DNA of 64,000 nt from an uncultured Myxococcales bacterium (GCA_903850505.1 CAINLT010000006.1:15536-79535); one strand, 5' to 3'; shown: positions 51,211-62,339, numbered from the stretch's first letter. Notes: a model not told the origin generated them from the sequence alone. Program-made: numbers and translations.

Positions 51211-52773
51211 TCAGCCGTTCACGCCAAACCGCGCTTCCAGCCGCTTGAGCAACGCCCCATGAAGCCCCTGAAAATCCCGGCCTGACATCGCCAGAATCAC
51301 ATCGCCCGGCTCCGCCTTGGTCGCGATGAAATCGACAATATCGCCAACCGCGGGGATGTAATTCGCCGGCACGCCGAGTTTCTCGATGCTGCGGCAGACC
51401 GCGCCAGCGTCCATCGTTTCTTCGGCCGTGAGCTTGTCGCCTTCCTTGAACAGCGGCTGACACAGGACCACGCGATCCGCCTGCGCCAAGGCTTGCGGGT
51501 AGACCGTCTCAAAGACCTTGCGCCGGGACGTGTTGGACTCCGCTTCAAACACCGCCCACAGCCGCTGGCCCGGGTATTGACCGCGAATCGCCGCGACCGT
51601 CTCCAGAACCGCCGTCGGATGGTGGGCATAATCGTCCATCACCAGCACGCCGCCGACCACGCCGCGAATTTCCTGACGCTTCTTGACGCCCTGGAACGCG
51701 GCGATCGCCAACTGCAACTGAGCGACGGTCGCTCCGAGATCCAGCGCGATCGTCAGCGCCGCCGCGGCGTTGAGGCAGTTGTGCTTGCCCGCCATCGGTG
51801 ACTGGAACCGGCCAATCAGCTCCCCGGCCTTGAAATTCGGCAGCGGATCGCGACCGTTCACCGGCGCGGCGATGCCCTTGAACAGCGAAAAATCAGCGCC
51901 CTTCGGCCCGACCCCGTGCAGCTGGATTTCAATATCGAGCGGCAGACCCGGATCGGCGCAAGGCACGGCGGCGACCTGAAATCCATACCGCGCGACGCGT
52001 CCCGGGCAGGCGTCCAACACGTCGGTCACACGTTCGTCTTCGCCCCACGCGACCAGGAGGCCGTCCGCCGGGAACAAGGTCGCGTACAGCCGGAACGCGC
52101 GCTGGACCGCCGCGAAATCCGGATAGATGTCCGCGTGGTCAAATTCGCAGGACGTCAGCACGCCGTGATGCGGCCGGTAGTGCACGAATTTCGGGCGCTT
52201 GTCGTAGTAAGCGGTGTCGTACTCATCGCCTTCGATGACAAATGGCGCGCCTTCGCCCAGCCGGAAGCTCGTCCCAAGGTTCTTGGGCACGCCGCCGACC
52301 AACAGGCCCGGCGACAGGCCCGACGCTTCCAGCAGCCACGCAGTCAGCGACGTCGTCGTCGTTTTGCCGTGCGTCCCGGCGATCACGGTGGAGACGCGGC
52401 CCGGCAGAATCCACTCGCCCAGCGCTTCCGGAAAGCTGCAGTACGGCAGGTTTTCGTCGCGCACGCGCTGGGCCTCCACGTTGTCGCGGCGGACCACATT
52501 GCCGATCACGACCAGATCGGGCTGCCAATCGAGATTCTGCGCCGACCAGCCTTCATTGAACGGAATCTGCCACTTCAGGAGCTGCGCCCGCATCGGATCA
52601 AAGACCGTGACGTCCGAACCGCGCACTTCCAGCCCCTTGGCTTGCAGCATGCCGGCAAAATTGCCCATGGCGGAGCCGCCGATGCCGATCAGGTGGACCT
52701 TCTTGATGCTGGCGTAGTCAACAGGAGGACGCGGCTCAGGCACGCGCTCGGCGGGGCCGGGGATGAAGCTCAT
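51211..52773 (-). CDS. mpl: UDP-N-acetylmuramate:L-alanyl-gamma-D-glutamyl-meso-diaminopimelate ligase
   Basis: VHLIGIGGSAMGNFAGMLQAKG N-terminus and the GTHGKTTTTSL P-loop. The Mur-ligase architecture resembles Mpl. Confidence 0.85.
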   Translation of the reverse strand: MSFIPGPAERVPEPRPPVDYASIKKVHLIGIGGSAMGNFAGMLQAKGLEVRGSDVTVFDPMRAQLLKWQIPFNEGWSAQNLDWQPDLVVIGNVVRRDNVEAQRVRDENLPYCSFPEALGEWILPGRVSTVIAGTHGKTTTTSLTAWLLEASGLSPGLLVGGVPKNLGTSFRLGEGAPFVIEGDEYDTAYYDKRPKFVHYRPHHGVLTSCEFDHADIYPDFAAVQRAFRLYATLFPADGLLVAWGEDERVTDVLDACPGRVARYGFQVAAVPCADPGLPLDIEIQLHGVGPKGADFSLFKGIAAPVNGRDPLPNFKAGELIGRFQSPMAGKHNCLNAAAALTIALDLGATVAQLQLAIAAFQGVKKRQEIRGVVGGVLVMDDYAHHPTAVLETVAAIRGQYPGQRLWAVFEAESNTSRRKVFETVYPQALAQADRVVLCQPLFKEGDKLTAEETMDAGAVCRSIEKLGVPANYIPAVGDIVDFIATKAEPGDVILAMSGRDFQGLHGALLKRLEARFGVNG

Positions 52774-52809
52774 GACAACCTCGTGGGAAGATGGATGACG
52801 CGGAGGGCG

Positions 52810-55800
52810 CTACGGCAGGAGCAGGCGGACTTGCTGCGGATCGGCGGGCGTGGCCTGGAAGCGCCAGATCCACGCGAGGCGGCCGTCGGCAAAGACTGCA
52901 ACGCGTGGCGACGACTGGTCGCCGGTCGACTCCGCGCTGGAAACGACGACTTCCGGATCAGCGAACGTGCCGTCAGGAGCCAGCGTCCGCGACGAGACTT
53001 CAAGTCCAGCAGCAACGCTGACGGCCTGCGGCGAAGTCCAACCGATGACTGCGCCGCCATTGGCGAGCTGGGCGATCGTCGCGTCGGCCTGATCACCGGC
53101 GGTGATGGTGTTGACGGCGCTGACCTGACCCGTCGGCGCGCCTTGGTTGTCTGCCTGGCGGAGGCCAATACCCGCGCCGCTGCCGTCGGTGGACGTGCCG
53201 GACCAGGTGATGGCGAAGCCCTTGGCGAACGGCGCAATGGCAGGGTGCGAGCCGGTTCCCGTGCTCGAGTAGGCCATCACGCCGTTGATGGCGGCGCTGG
53301 CGGCGTTAAAGAGGTGGCCGCGCACGCGCTGTTTCACGGAACTGTCGACGTGCATCCAGACGATGGCGAAGCTGCCATCCGCGCGCATGGTCACGGCGGG
53401 CTGCTGCTGGTCACCTTGAATCGGATCGTCCAAACCGCTGCCATTGGGGTCTTCGTTGGCCAACAGCAAATCGCCGGCGAGCTGACCGTTGACGTCGAAA
53501 CGCTGGGCGCCGATGCCCAAAGTGCCCGTGCCTTCAAGGTCGGTCGTCGTCCAGACCGCGACGAAATCGCTGCCGTTGCTGGCGAGCGCAGGGTCGGTCT
53601 GGTCGCCTTGTGAATCGTTGGGCGCGTTGGCGATGAACGCCGCGGCCTTGGGCGTGCCGGCGCTGTCGAACAGCCGGACGTAGATGTCGGCATCGCCAGC
53701 CGCCTTTGACGTCCAGGCCAACGCGAAGCCGTCACCTACCTTCGCGATCGCGATGCGCGAACCCTTGATTGCCGGTGTGCTGCCTTGAACCGGTGCGCCC
53801 GCTCCCGCAGCGACGCCGTCTGCGCTGAACATCCGCACGCTCACGGACGCGACGGTTGCCGAGTCACTCAACCACGCGGTGGCGATCTTGCCGTTGCTGA
53901 GGACGGTCGTGACGCCGCCGTAACCCGAAGTCGTGTCGCTCACCGCGATGCTGCCATCGGGCACGCAGACGCCGTCGCCAGAGCAGTGATCGCCCGCGGT
54001 GCATGCGCCTTTGGGGGCAACGCTCTTGCCGTCGGCGGCGCACTGTTGAATCTTGGTCGCGTCCGCCGGATCGCAGCGCAGCGCGTTGGGCGTGCACAGG
54101 ACGCACGCGCCTGAGACGCACACGGGCAAGTTGGAGCCGCACACGGTGGGCGCGCCCCAGGTGCCGGACGTGCAAGAAGCGATGCTTTTCGAGGTCAAGC
54201 ACCGCGTGCCCGCGTCATCGGCAAAGACCATCGCGCCAAAATCGCCGATCGCCGCGCACTGTTTGGGCTTGACCGTGCAGGCCTTGCCCGTGCCGCCCAG
54301 GACTGTGACGCAGGTGCCCGTCGTGCAATCCGCGTCCGCTTGGCACGGCGCGGCGGGCGGGCAGACGTTCAAGTCGGTCTTGCCGTCGCAGTTGTTGTCC
54401 AGGCCGTCGCAGGAGACTTCGCTGCTCTCATAGCCGGCGACGCTCTGGTAAATGCACATCGACTGGGCGCTGATGCACGCCGCCGGTACGCCCGCCGCGC
54501 ACACGCCCTTGGCCTTGCACGTGGACGCGTCGACGACGCCTTCGTCCGTCAACCCGTCGCAGTCGTTGTCCTTGCCGTCGCACTTCGTCTCGACCGTTTC
54601 GTAGTCCGCGGCGATCGCCGTCGGGTCGCATTTCCAAGTGCCGCCCGTGCAGCTCGCGCTGGCCAACGCGCAGACGCCCTTGCTGCAGCCGCTGGCGCTG
54701 GCGTCGAGGGCGTCCGGCTCGTCGGTCTGGCCGTCGCAGTCGTTGTCCACGCCGTCGCAAAGCGTTTCAATCGCTTGGAAGCCGGCGATGTGGCTGTAGT
54801 CGCACGTCGCCTTGCCAGCCGCGCATGTGACCGCAGCGCCAAAGCCGCACACGCCTTGCATCTTGCACTTAGCGGACTTAGCGCTCACGGTCTCGTCGGT
54901 CAGCCCGTCGCAGTCGTTGTCCTTGCCGTCGCATGTCTGCTCAAACGCCTCGTAGCCCTTGCTCGCGATGCTGCTCCAGTCGCACGTCCAGAGGCCACCG
55001 CTGCACTGCGCCTTGGCGTCGGCGCACACGCCGGTGCTTGGGCACGGGGACAAACTCGGGCTGGGCAGGCTGACGTCGGTCGTGCCGTCGCAGTCGTTGT
55101 CCTTGCCGTCGCAGCTCTTCTCCGGCGATTCGTACTTGGCCACCGCGCCGTAGTTGCACACGAACACGCCCGCTTCGCAGCGTTTGACGATCTTGTCCGG
55201 GTTGGCGCCGCAGACGCCTTTGGTCGTGCAATCGCTGGTGTCCTTGGCCTGCAGCGGCAAGGCGCTGCCGGCGAGGTTGTCGACCACACCGTCGCAGTCG
55301 TTGTCCTGGCCGTCGCACGTCTGCTCAAAGGCTTCAAAGCCCGCAACAGCAGTGTAGTCGCACGTCGCGACGCCGCCCGCGCACACTTGTTTCACGCCCG
55401 CGGTGCAGACGCCCTGGCCGAGGCAGCTCAAGCCGGTTACGGTCAAATTCGCGTCGACGATGCCGTCGCAATCGTTGTCCTTGCCGTCGCACTTGGTCTC
55501 GACAGCCTCGTAGTCCGCGCCTTCATACGCACAGTCCCAAGTGCCGCCGGTGCAAGCGGGCGCTGGCAGGCTGGCGCACACGCCCGCACGCTTGCAGGTG
55601 GCGATGCCGGGGGAGACGTTGTCGTCGGTCTTGCCGTTGCAGTCGTTGTCCTTGCCGTCGCAGCTTGTCTCGATGGCTTCGTAGCCGGCCACGCCGCTCC
55701 AGTCGCAAATCCACGTGCCGGCGTTGCAGACCGCGTGGCTGAGTGATTGCCCCGCGCACACGCCGACCGCCGGGCACGTGCCCTTGGGCGGCAACACGCC

Positions 55801-56136
55801 TTCGTCGGTCAGGCCGTTGCAGTCGTTGTCCTTGCCGTCGCAGAGCGTTTCAATCGGCTCGTACCCATCGGGGACCGTCAACGTCTTGCCGTCCTTGATC
55901 GCCGGGCTCTTGGGCGTCCAGGCGCTGCATTCCGCGACGCCGTTGGGCGACGTGCACGTAGCCGTCCAGCCGGTGCAGACACCCACTTCCGCGCACGGAT
56001 TGGGATCGCAAGGATCAGTCGCCGATTGCTTGTTGATGGTGACCGAACAGGCGCTGAGCGCGAGCGCAGCCACGCAGCCAAGCAGCAAGGCCGGCAGGCG
56101 GTGGAGAACAAAAGGCAAAAGGCGACGGGACATCAT
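52810..56136 (-). CDS. Secreted cysteine-rich repeat protein (MopE-type motifs) with C-terminal repeated beta-rich modules
   Basis: Signal/lipobox MMSRRLLPFVLHRLPALLLGCVAALALSAC. 9 copies of CDG[KQVL]DN[DN]CDG..D. The C-terminal half has repeated ..G.GI..Q.F...G...G......(W) modules. The SD GGAG overlaps the upstream stop. Confidence 0.85.
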   Translation of the reverse strand: MMSRRLLPFVLHRLPALLLGCVAALALSACSVTINKQSATDPCDPNPCAEVGVCTGWTATCTSPNGVAECSAWTPKSPAIKDGKTLTVPDGYEPIETLCDGKDNDCNGLTDEGVLPPKGTCPAVGVCAGQSLSHAVCNAGTWICDWSGVAGYEAIETSCDGKDNDCNGKTDDNVSPGIATCKRAGVCASLPAPACTGGTWDCAYEGADYEAVETKCDGKDNDCDGIVDANLTVTGLSCLGQGVCTAGVKQVCAGGVATCDYTAVAGFEAFEQTCDGQDNDCDGVVDNLAGSALPLQAKDTSDCTTKGVCGANPDKIVKRCEAGVFVCNYGAVAKYESPEKSCDGKDNDCDGTTDVSLPSPSLSPCPSTGVCADAKAQCSGGLWTCDWSSIASKGYEAFEQTCDGKDNDCDGLTDETVSAKSAKCKMQGVCGFGAAVTCAAGKATCDYSHIAGFQAIETLCDGVDNDCDGQTDEPDALDASASGCSKGVCALASASCTGGTWKCDPTAIAADYETVETKCDGKDNDCDGLTDEGVVDASTCKAKGVCAAGVPAACISAQSMCIYQSVAGYESSEVSCDGLDNNCDGKTDLNVCPPAAPCQADADCTTGTCVTVLGGTGKACTVKPKQCAAIGDFGAMVFADDAGTRCLTSKSIASCTSGTWGAPTVCGSNLPVCVSGACVLCTPNALRCDPADATKIQQCAADGKSVAPKGACTAGDHCSGDGVCVPDGSIAVSDTTSGYGGVTTVLSNGKIATAWLSDSATVASVSVRMFSADGVAAGAGAPVQGSTPAIKGSRIAIAKVGDGFALAWTSKAAGDADIYVRLFDSAGTPKAAAFIANAPNDSQGDQTDPALASNGSDFVAVWTTTDLEGTGTLGIGAQRFDVNGQLAGDLLLANEDPNGSGLDDPIQGDQQQPAVTMRADGSFAIVWMHVDSSVKQRVRGHLFNAASAAINGVMAYSSTGTGSHPAIAPFAKGFAITWSGTSTDGSGAGIGLRQADNQGAPTGQVSAVNTITAGDQADATIAQLANGGAVIGWTSPQAVSVAAGLEVSSRTLAPDGTFADPEVVVSSAESTGDQSSPRVAVFADGRLAWIWRFQATPADPQQVRLLLP

Positions 56137-56141
56137 GGCTC

Positions 56142-57611
56142 CTAGAACGACCACGTCAGCGAGAAACTGGAGGGCGAAATGCCGATCATCGGCACGGCGG
56201 CTGCCACTGGCGCCGCTTCCACCTGCGTGTGTTTGCGCGACGACGGCGCGGCGTCATGCGGGGCAAAAAGCCACCACGCTGCACCAGCCGCAACCAGGAC
56301 GCCGCCGCTCACGATCAGCGCGTTGGCCAGCGTGGCATTGTGCGTGGCGGACGTGGCCAGCGTATCGACCTGGCCGCCATAGGTCGCCGACTTGGGATTC
56401 AGCCCGTTGGCCGAGCTCGCGTCGCTCATCGCCTGGATACCAAACCAGCCGCCCGCACCCAGCGCCAGCACGCCGAGGCCCGCCACCGTGTACGGCCCAA
56501 CCTTTTGGATCCACGAGACTTTGCCCGACGTATCCTCGTGCTTCTCAATGCCCATCGGCGGCACGGCGTCCTGCTTGACCACCGGCTTCGGCTCTTCAGC
56601 CGGCTTGGGCGGCTCAACGGGCTTGGCCACTTCCACAGGCTTCGGCTTCTCGACCGGCTTGGGCTGTTCGATCGGCTTGGGCTGTTCGATCGGCTTGGCG
56701 ATTTCGACGGCTTTGGGCTTTTCAAGGGGCTTGGGCTGCGCGATCGGCTTGGGCTGCTCGGTCGGTTTGGCCACTTCTACCGGCTTGATGGGCTCCACCG
56801 GCTTGATGGGCGCCACGGCCTCGATCGGCGCTTCCGCCACCACCGGCTTCTCCGTTGCGGGCGGCAGCACGGGAACGACGACTGGCGTTTCTTCCGGCTC
56901 CGGCTGGGCATTGACCATCGCCGCACCCTGGTCTTCCGGAACCAGCGCGATCGCCACGAGGCTGCCTTCGCCGCCGACTTGCACCGTGCGCAATTCGCTG
57001 CTGAAGCCTTTTGCCGTCGTCTCCATCGCCCACGTGCCGGGCGCCAGCCACGCGTGACCGGAGCCAATCAGCACGCGTTCCGCACCGCGGCGGCTCTTGC
57101 GATCGGCGCGGCTGAGTTCAACCCGCGCGCCTTCCGGCCGCACCAGGATCGCAACGCGCACCAGTCCCGCCGGAATCTGCGGCGTGACGCGCGCCACAAC
57201 CTGCTCGGCCCGCTGTTTCTCGCCGGGATTGAGATCGCGCGCCAAAGCCCGCGTCGCTGTTTCACGTGCTTCCGCATACAGCCGCGCCCGTTCCTGCGCC
57301 TCCGCCTGCTCCACCACCCAGATCGGCTCACCGCCCAGCCGCGTCGCCGCGCGCCAGTGCTCTGCCGCCAATTGCTCAAGACCGGCGCGGGCTTCCACGC
57401 GCGCCAAGCTGGCAAGGCGGAGGGCTTGGGTGTAGCGCTCGGGACCAGTCGGGCCGTCAACGTCGAGGCGGCCAGACTGCTGGACGACCTGAGTACCGCC
57501 GCCGCAGGCCACAAGTGTGCAAAACCACAAGCCAAGCAACAATGACCCAAACAGCTTGCGGGTGCGAGGCTGAGGTAAGGTCATTGGGGGTCTGGAGCGC
57601 GCACAGCTCAT
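56142..57611 (-). CDS. PEGA-domain lipoprotein with Pro/Lys/Glu-rich repeat linker and C-terminal TM segments
   Basis: Lipobox LWFCTLVAC. PEGA motif VRPEGARVEL...LAPGTWAMETTAKGF. KP[VI]E[QP]PKP-type repeats, seen at DNA level as cggcttgggctgttcgat repeated twice near 56650-56690. Two hydrophobic helices lie near the C-terminus. Start is 57611 or 57584. Confidence 0.75.
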   Translation of the reverse strand: MSCARSRPPMTLPQPRTRKLFGSLLLGLWFCTLVACGGGTQVVQQSGRLDVDGPTGPERYTQALRLASLARVEARAGLEQLAAEHWRAATRLGGEPIWVVEQAEAQERARLYAEARETATRALARDLNPGEKQRAEQVVARVTPQIPAGLVRVAILVRPEGARVELSRADRKSRRGAERVLIGSGHAWLAPGTWAMETTAKGFSSELRTVQVGGEGSLVAIALVPEDQGAAMVNAQPEPEETPVVVPVLPPATEKPVVAEAPIEAVAPIKPVEPIKPVEVAKPTEQPKPIAQPKPLEKPKAVEIAKPIEQPKPIEQPKPVEKPKPVEVAKPVEPPKPAEEPKPVVKQDAVPPMGIEKHEDTSGKVSWIQKVGPYTVAGLGVLALGAGGWFGIQAMSDASSANGLNPKSATYGGQVDTLATSATHNATLANALIVSGGVLVAAGAAWWLFAPHDAAPSSRKHTQVEAAPVAAAVPMIGISPSSFSLTWSF

Positions 57612-57701
57612 CGGTTCCAGACTACGGGCAGGCCCTTGGAGTGTCAACGAAACTGCCCGCAAAACCGCCGTGCGGGACGACGCATCCGACCTGCCAGCCA
57701 A

Positions 57702-57980
57702 CTACTTGCCCAGCGCCGCTTTCATGCGCGCGAGGCGAGGCGCAACGTCGCCGTCCAGGCCAAACGTCCGCCCGGCTTCCTTGAATTCCACGCTGCCGGC
57801 GACCTCGTTCAGGCCATGGCTGCCAAACGCGCGGCGCTGGACGCCCATCGCGAGGTCCATCAGGCGCGGGACATCACCCTTGGCCTTGGCTGCGGCATAA
57901 TCGGCGCGGAACGCCGGAGCTTCAAAGCCAACGACGATTTCCTCCAGGATTTCCAAAAACACCGGCTTGTCCATGGCCAT
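57702..57980 (-). CDS. Hypothetical small protein (92 aa) coupled to the upstream AAA+ gene
   Basis: ATG 57980 lies 2 nt after the AAA+ stop codon (57983-57985). MAMDKPVFLEILEEIVVGFEAPAFRADYAAAKAKGD... No family recognised. Confidence 0.55.
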   Translation of the reverse strand: MAMDKPVFLEILEEIVVGFEAPAFRADYAAAKAKGDVPRLMDLAMGVQRRAFGSHGLNEVAGSVEFKEAGRTFGLDGDVAPRLARMKAALGK

Positions 57981-57982
57981 CC

Positions 57983-60331
57983 TCAATCGTCGGGGTAGAT
58001 GCGAACGACGCGTCCTGCGTCTTTGTACTCGCGTTCTCCGGCCTTGGCGAGCAGCGCGTGGCTCAACGGCGACCGCGCATCGCGCGCCCACACGGCCGCC
58101 CGCAGCACCGCGTTTTGGATCTGGCCGCCCGTCAGCTCCCAGTCCGCCGCGAGGTCGCTCAGCTTCAGCTCAACGTCCTGCGGCGCGTCGGCCGGAATCA
58201 TGACCTGCCACAGCCGCGCGCGTTCCGCAACTTCAGGCGGCGGAAAGTGCGGCTTGAAACGGATGCGCCGCAGGAATGCGCCATCGATCGCATCGGGATG
58301 ATTGGAGGTGAGGATGACGACGCCGTCAAAGTCTTCCAGCCGCTGCAGCAGGTAATTCACTTCCAGATTCGCGTAGCGATCCACCGACGACTGAACGTCC
58401 GTGCGCTTGGCAAAGAGCGCGTCGGCTTCGTCGAACAACAGCGCAATGCCGGCGTCGTGGCTGGCGTCGAAGAGCTTGGACAGCCGCTCCTCGGTTTCGC
58501 CGATGTACTTGGAAACGACGCTGGCGAGGTCGACGCGAAACAGCTCCAGGCCGAGATCGCGCGCCACGAGACCGGCGCACAGCGTCTTGCCGGTGCCGGA
58601 CGGGCCGGAGAAAAGCGCGGTCAGCGCCCGGCCGTAGCCCATCGTGCGGCCGTAGCCCTGCTCGTCCAGCACGAAGCCGGCGTGGCGGCCAAAGCGCACC
58701 ATCTCGTCGAGCACTTCGCGCGTGTCGTCCGGCAGGATCGTCGTGTTCCAGCGACCGCGCACGTTGACGCGGGTCGCGAGCCCGGCGAGGCGTGAACTCG
58801 CCACTTCGCGGCACGCGCGCTCCACATCGCCGACGGCCAACCGCGTGGTGCTGGCGTTGCGGGACGTTGCAGCGGCGAGCGCCAGGCTCGATGCGAGGTC
58901 GATTTCGTCGACCCCAAACTTGTAGACACTCACGGACGCCACGGTATCTTCGACCTCCGCCGCCGCCATCCGCTCTTCCAAACGGTTCAGCCACAGCGCC
59001 TTGCGTTCGTCCACGGCCAGCGCGGCGGTTGGCAGTTCCACGCAGCCCAGTTCGCGCAGCAGCCCAAGGCGGGCGCGCGGCGTCAAATGCGTCGATTCCG
59101 CCGACCGGCCGACATGACCGTGAAAGAACAGCGTCGTCGTCTCGCGCTCCAGCAGGTGCAGCAGGCCGGCCAAGCGCTCCGCGCCGTGTTCGCCGGAATC
59201 GATCGCTTCCGCGTGGCTGAAGAACACGCCCGATCGCGCCAAACGCGCGCGACCCAACAAGCTCCCAAGGCGGGTGAGATCGCCTTCCAGCAGCAGATCC
59301 AGCCGCACTTCCAGCATCCCTTCGCCCAACTGCGAGAGCGCTTCGCGGGCCATCCGCAGCGCACCAGCGCGCTCAGAACCGACGACAAGGAACCGCCGCC
59401 GACCGCGAAATCCGCGGGTCAGCGCGTCGCGCAACACCGGCGTCAGCGCTGGGGACGCGGTCTCCGTCCGCAGCGGGTGGGCGAGCACGCCCGTCATGTC
59501 GTCCAGCTCGGACGGCACGCCCAGCAGGTGCCGACACACCCAGCGCGCGACCTGCCACCGGGTGCTCTCCGCGCCGTCACCCGCCACGCGCACGAGACCA
59601 TAGCGCCGCAGTGTCGCGTTCTGCGCCAGATCCGCCAGCACAGCGGCGCCGCGCATCGCAAAGGGGTCCAGCGCGTGCAGCAGCAGATCCTCGGGCCAAG
59701 CGGTCTGCGTCGGATCGCGCCAGAGCGCGCGGTACAGCCACAGGAACTCCGGCACCAGCGCCGGCGCCAGCAGCAGCCACAGCGCGTCGCACGCCAGATC
59801 GTTCAGGCCAAAAGCCGCGCGCAGTTCATCAAACCGCCGCGCCGTGTCGCTGGTCGGCGCGATCGCATCGTACGGCATCGCCAGTTCGGCATCGAGACGC
59901 TGCACGAAAGCCTGCCGTTCGGCGTCCAGCGCTTCGCCGCGCAGACAACGCAGCGCGGTCGCGTCCAGCGTCGCCGCCACGCCGGTCGGCCACGGCGTCC
60001 GCGTCGGGTCATCGCCCGGGCGCTCCCACGGCCGCAGCACCGCCAGATACCGCTGGAGCAGCGCGCGCACACGGTCCAGATACGGTGCAAAATCGACCGC
60101 CGCGCCCGCCAGCCACGGCGTCTCCGTCGCCACCGCGCCATCGGCGTCGCGCAGCAACTGCCGCACCAGATCCAGCTGCGCCGCCGTCAGCGACTCCGTC
60201 GTGATTTCCGGGTCAATGTGCGCTTCCTGCAGGATCGCCTTGGCGCGCGCGCGACTCACGCCCGGCAGCCACGTGAGCGCCGTTTCAATCGGTCGGTGCG
60301 GCGGCAAGCCTGTCAATCCGAGTCGCGCCAT
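57983..60331 (-). CDS. AAA+ ATPase with degenerate first ATPase-like region and an N-terminal ribosomal-protein-S13-like domain
   Basis: The C-terminal AAA domain has LFSGPSGTGKTL (Walker A), ALLFDEADALF (Walker B) and VVILTSN (sensor 1). The N-terminus MARLGLTGLPPHRPIETALTWLPGVSRARAKAILQEAHIDPEITTESLTAAQLDLVRQLL aligns with the E. coli S13 N-terminus as I remember it. Confidence 0.85.
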   Translation of the reverse strand: MARLGLTGLPPHRPIETALTWLPGVSRARAKAILQEAHIDPEITTESLTAAQLDLVRQLLRDADGAVATETPWLAGAAVDFAPYLDRVRALLQRYLAVLRPWERPGDDPTRTPWPTGVAATLDATALRCLRGEALDAERQAFVQRLDAELAMPYDAIAPTSDTARRFDELRAAFGLNDLACDALWLLLAPALVPEFLWLYRALWRDPTQTAWPEDLLLHALDPFAMRGAAVLADLAQNATLRRYGLVRVAGDGAESTRWQVARWVCRHLLGVPSELDDMTGVLAHPLRTETASPALTPVLRDALTRGFRGRRRFLVVGSERAGALRMAREALSQLGEGMLEVRLDLLLEGDLTRLGSLLGRARLARSGVFFSHAEAIDSGEHGAERLAGLLHLLERETTTLFFHGHVGRSAESTHLTPRARLGLLRELGCVELPTAALAVDERKALWLNRLEERMAAAEVEDTVASVSVYKFGVDEIDLASSLALAAATSRNASTTRLAVGDVERACREVASSRLAGLATRVNVRGRWNTTILPDDTREVLDEMVRFGRHAGFVLDEQGYGRTMGYGRALTALFSGPSGTGKTLCAGLVARDLGLELFRVDLASVVSKYIGETEERLSKLFDASHDAGIALLFDEADALFAKRTDVQSSVDRYANLEVNYLLQRLEDFDGVVILTSNHPDAIDGAFLRRIRFKPHFPPPEVAERARLWQVMIPADAPQDVELKLSDLAADWELTGGQIQNAVLRAAVWARDARSPLSHALLAKAGEREYKDAGRVVRIYPDD

Positions 60332-60366
60332 GGCCTGAACCTACTGCCGTTCAGGATCGCGTGCAA

Positions 60367-61665
<1,299 letters not shown>

Positions 61666-61898
61666 TCAAATGCCAACATGCAGGTCCCGTTGGCGCGCGC
61701 ACTGGACCACAACGGCGGCTGGCACGCAAGGGCGGGCGCGTGAATGGTTGGTGACACAGATGTCGCGACGCCGTAGCGGCGAGTCGATTGACAAGAATGT
61801 CAGGTCGCCGGCCAACGCTTTGCGCTGGGCGGGATCGCTCCGTAGGGTTCGATCAGGTCACACGGCGCGATCCCCAGCTGCCGGACCCGGAGGTCAGG

Positions 61899-62339
61899 AT
61901 GAAGACTTGGAAGATGTTCATGGCGGCGATGATGTTGACCACAAGCGTGGCGAGCCAAGCGTGGGCGGACGCCGACGCGATCAGTTCACCCGCGGATGCG
62001 TCTGCGACCGACGACGCGACGAGCCCGCCCGCGGACGCGTCTGCGACTGAAGCCGATGCCACGGGAACTGCGGCGGATGCTTCAGGCACAGCAGCCGATG
62101 CGGCGCCTGCGGCGGACGCGGCGACAACGGCGGATGCAACGGCGGCGGATACTGCGGCTGACGGCACCGCGACAAGTGGCCCGGGCGACGGCGATCAGGA
62201 TGGCGGCAAACACGGCGGCGGCTGCACGGCCGGCACGACCGCCAACAGCCCCATTGCGCTCGGCCTCGCGGGCGCAGTGCTCGGCTGGCTCGTGTCCCGC
62301 AGCCGCAAGCCGGCCAAGGCGCCCGTCCGCAGCCGCTGA
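61899..62339 (+). CDS. Low-complexity secreted protein with MYXO-CTERM-type sorting tail
   Basis: GGAGG lies upstream of ATG 61899. Signal MKTWKMFMAAMMLTTSVASQAWA. An Ala/Asp/Thr-rich repeat region follows. The C-terminal GGCTAG....IALGLAGAVLGWLVSRSRK (Gly-Cys, TM helix, basic tail) is the MYXO-CTERM pattern. Confidence 0.75.
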   Translation: MKTWKMFMAAMMLTTSVASQAWADADAISSPADASATDDATSPPADASATEADATGTAADASGTAADAAPAADAATTADATAADTAADGTATSGPGDGDQDGGKHGGGCTAGTTANSPIALGLAGAVLGWLVSRSRKPAKAPVRSR

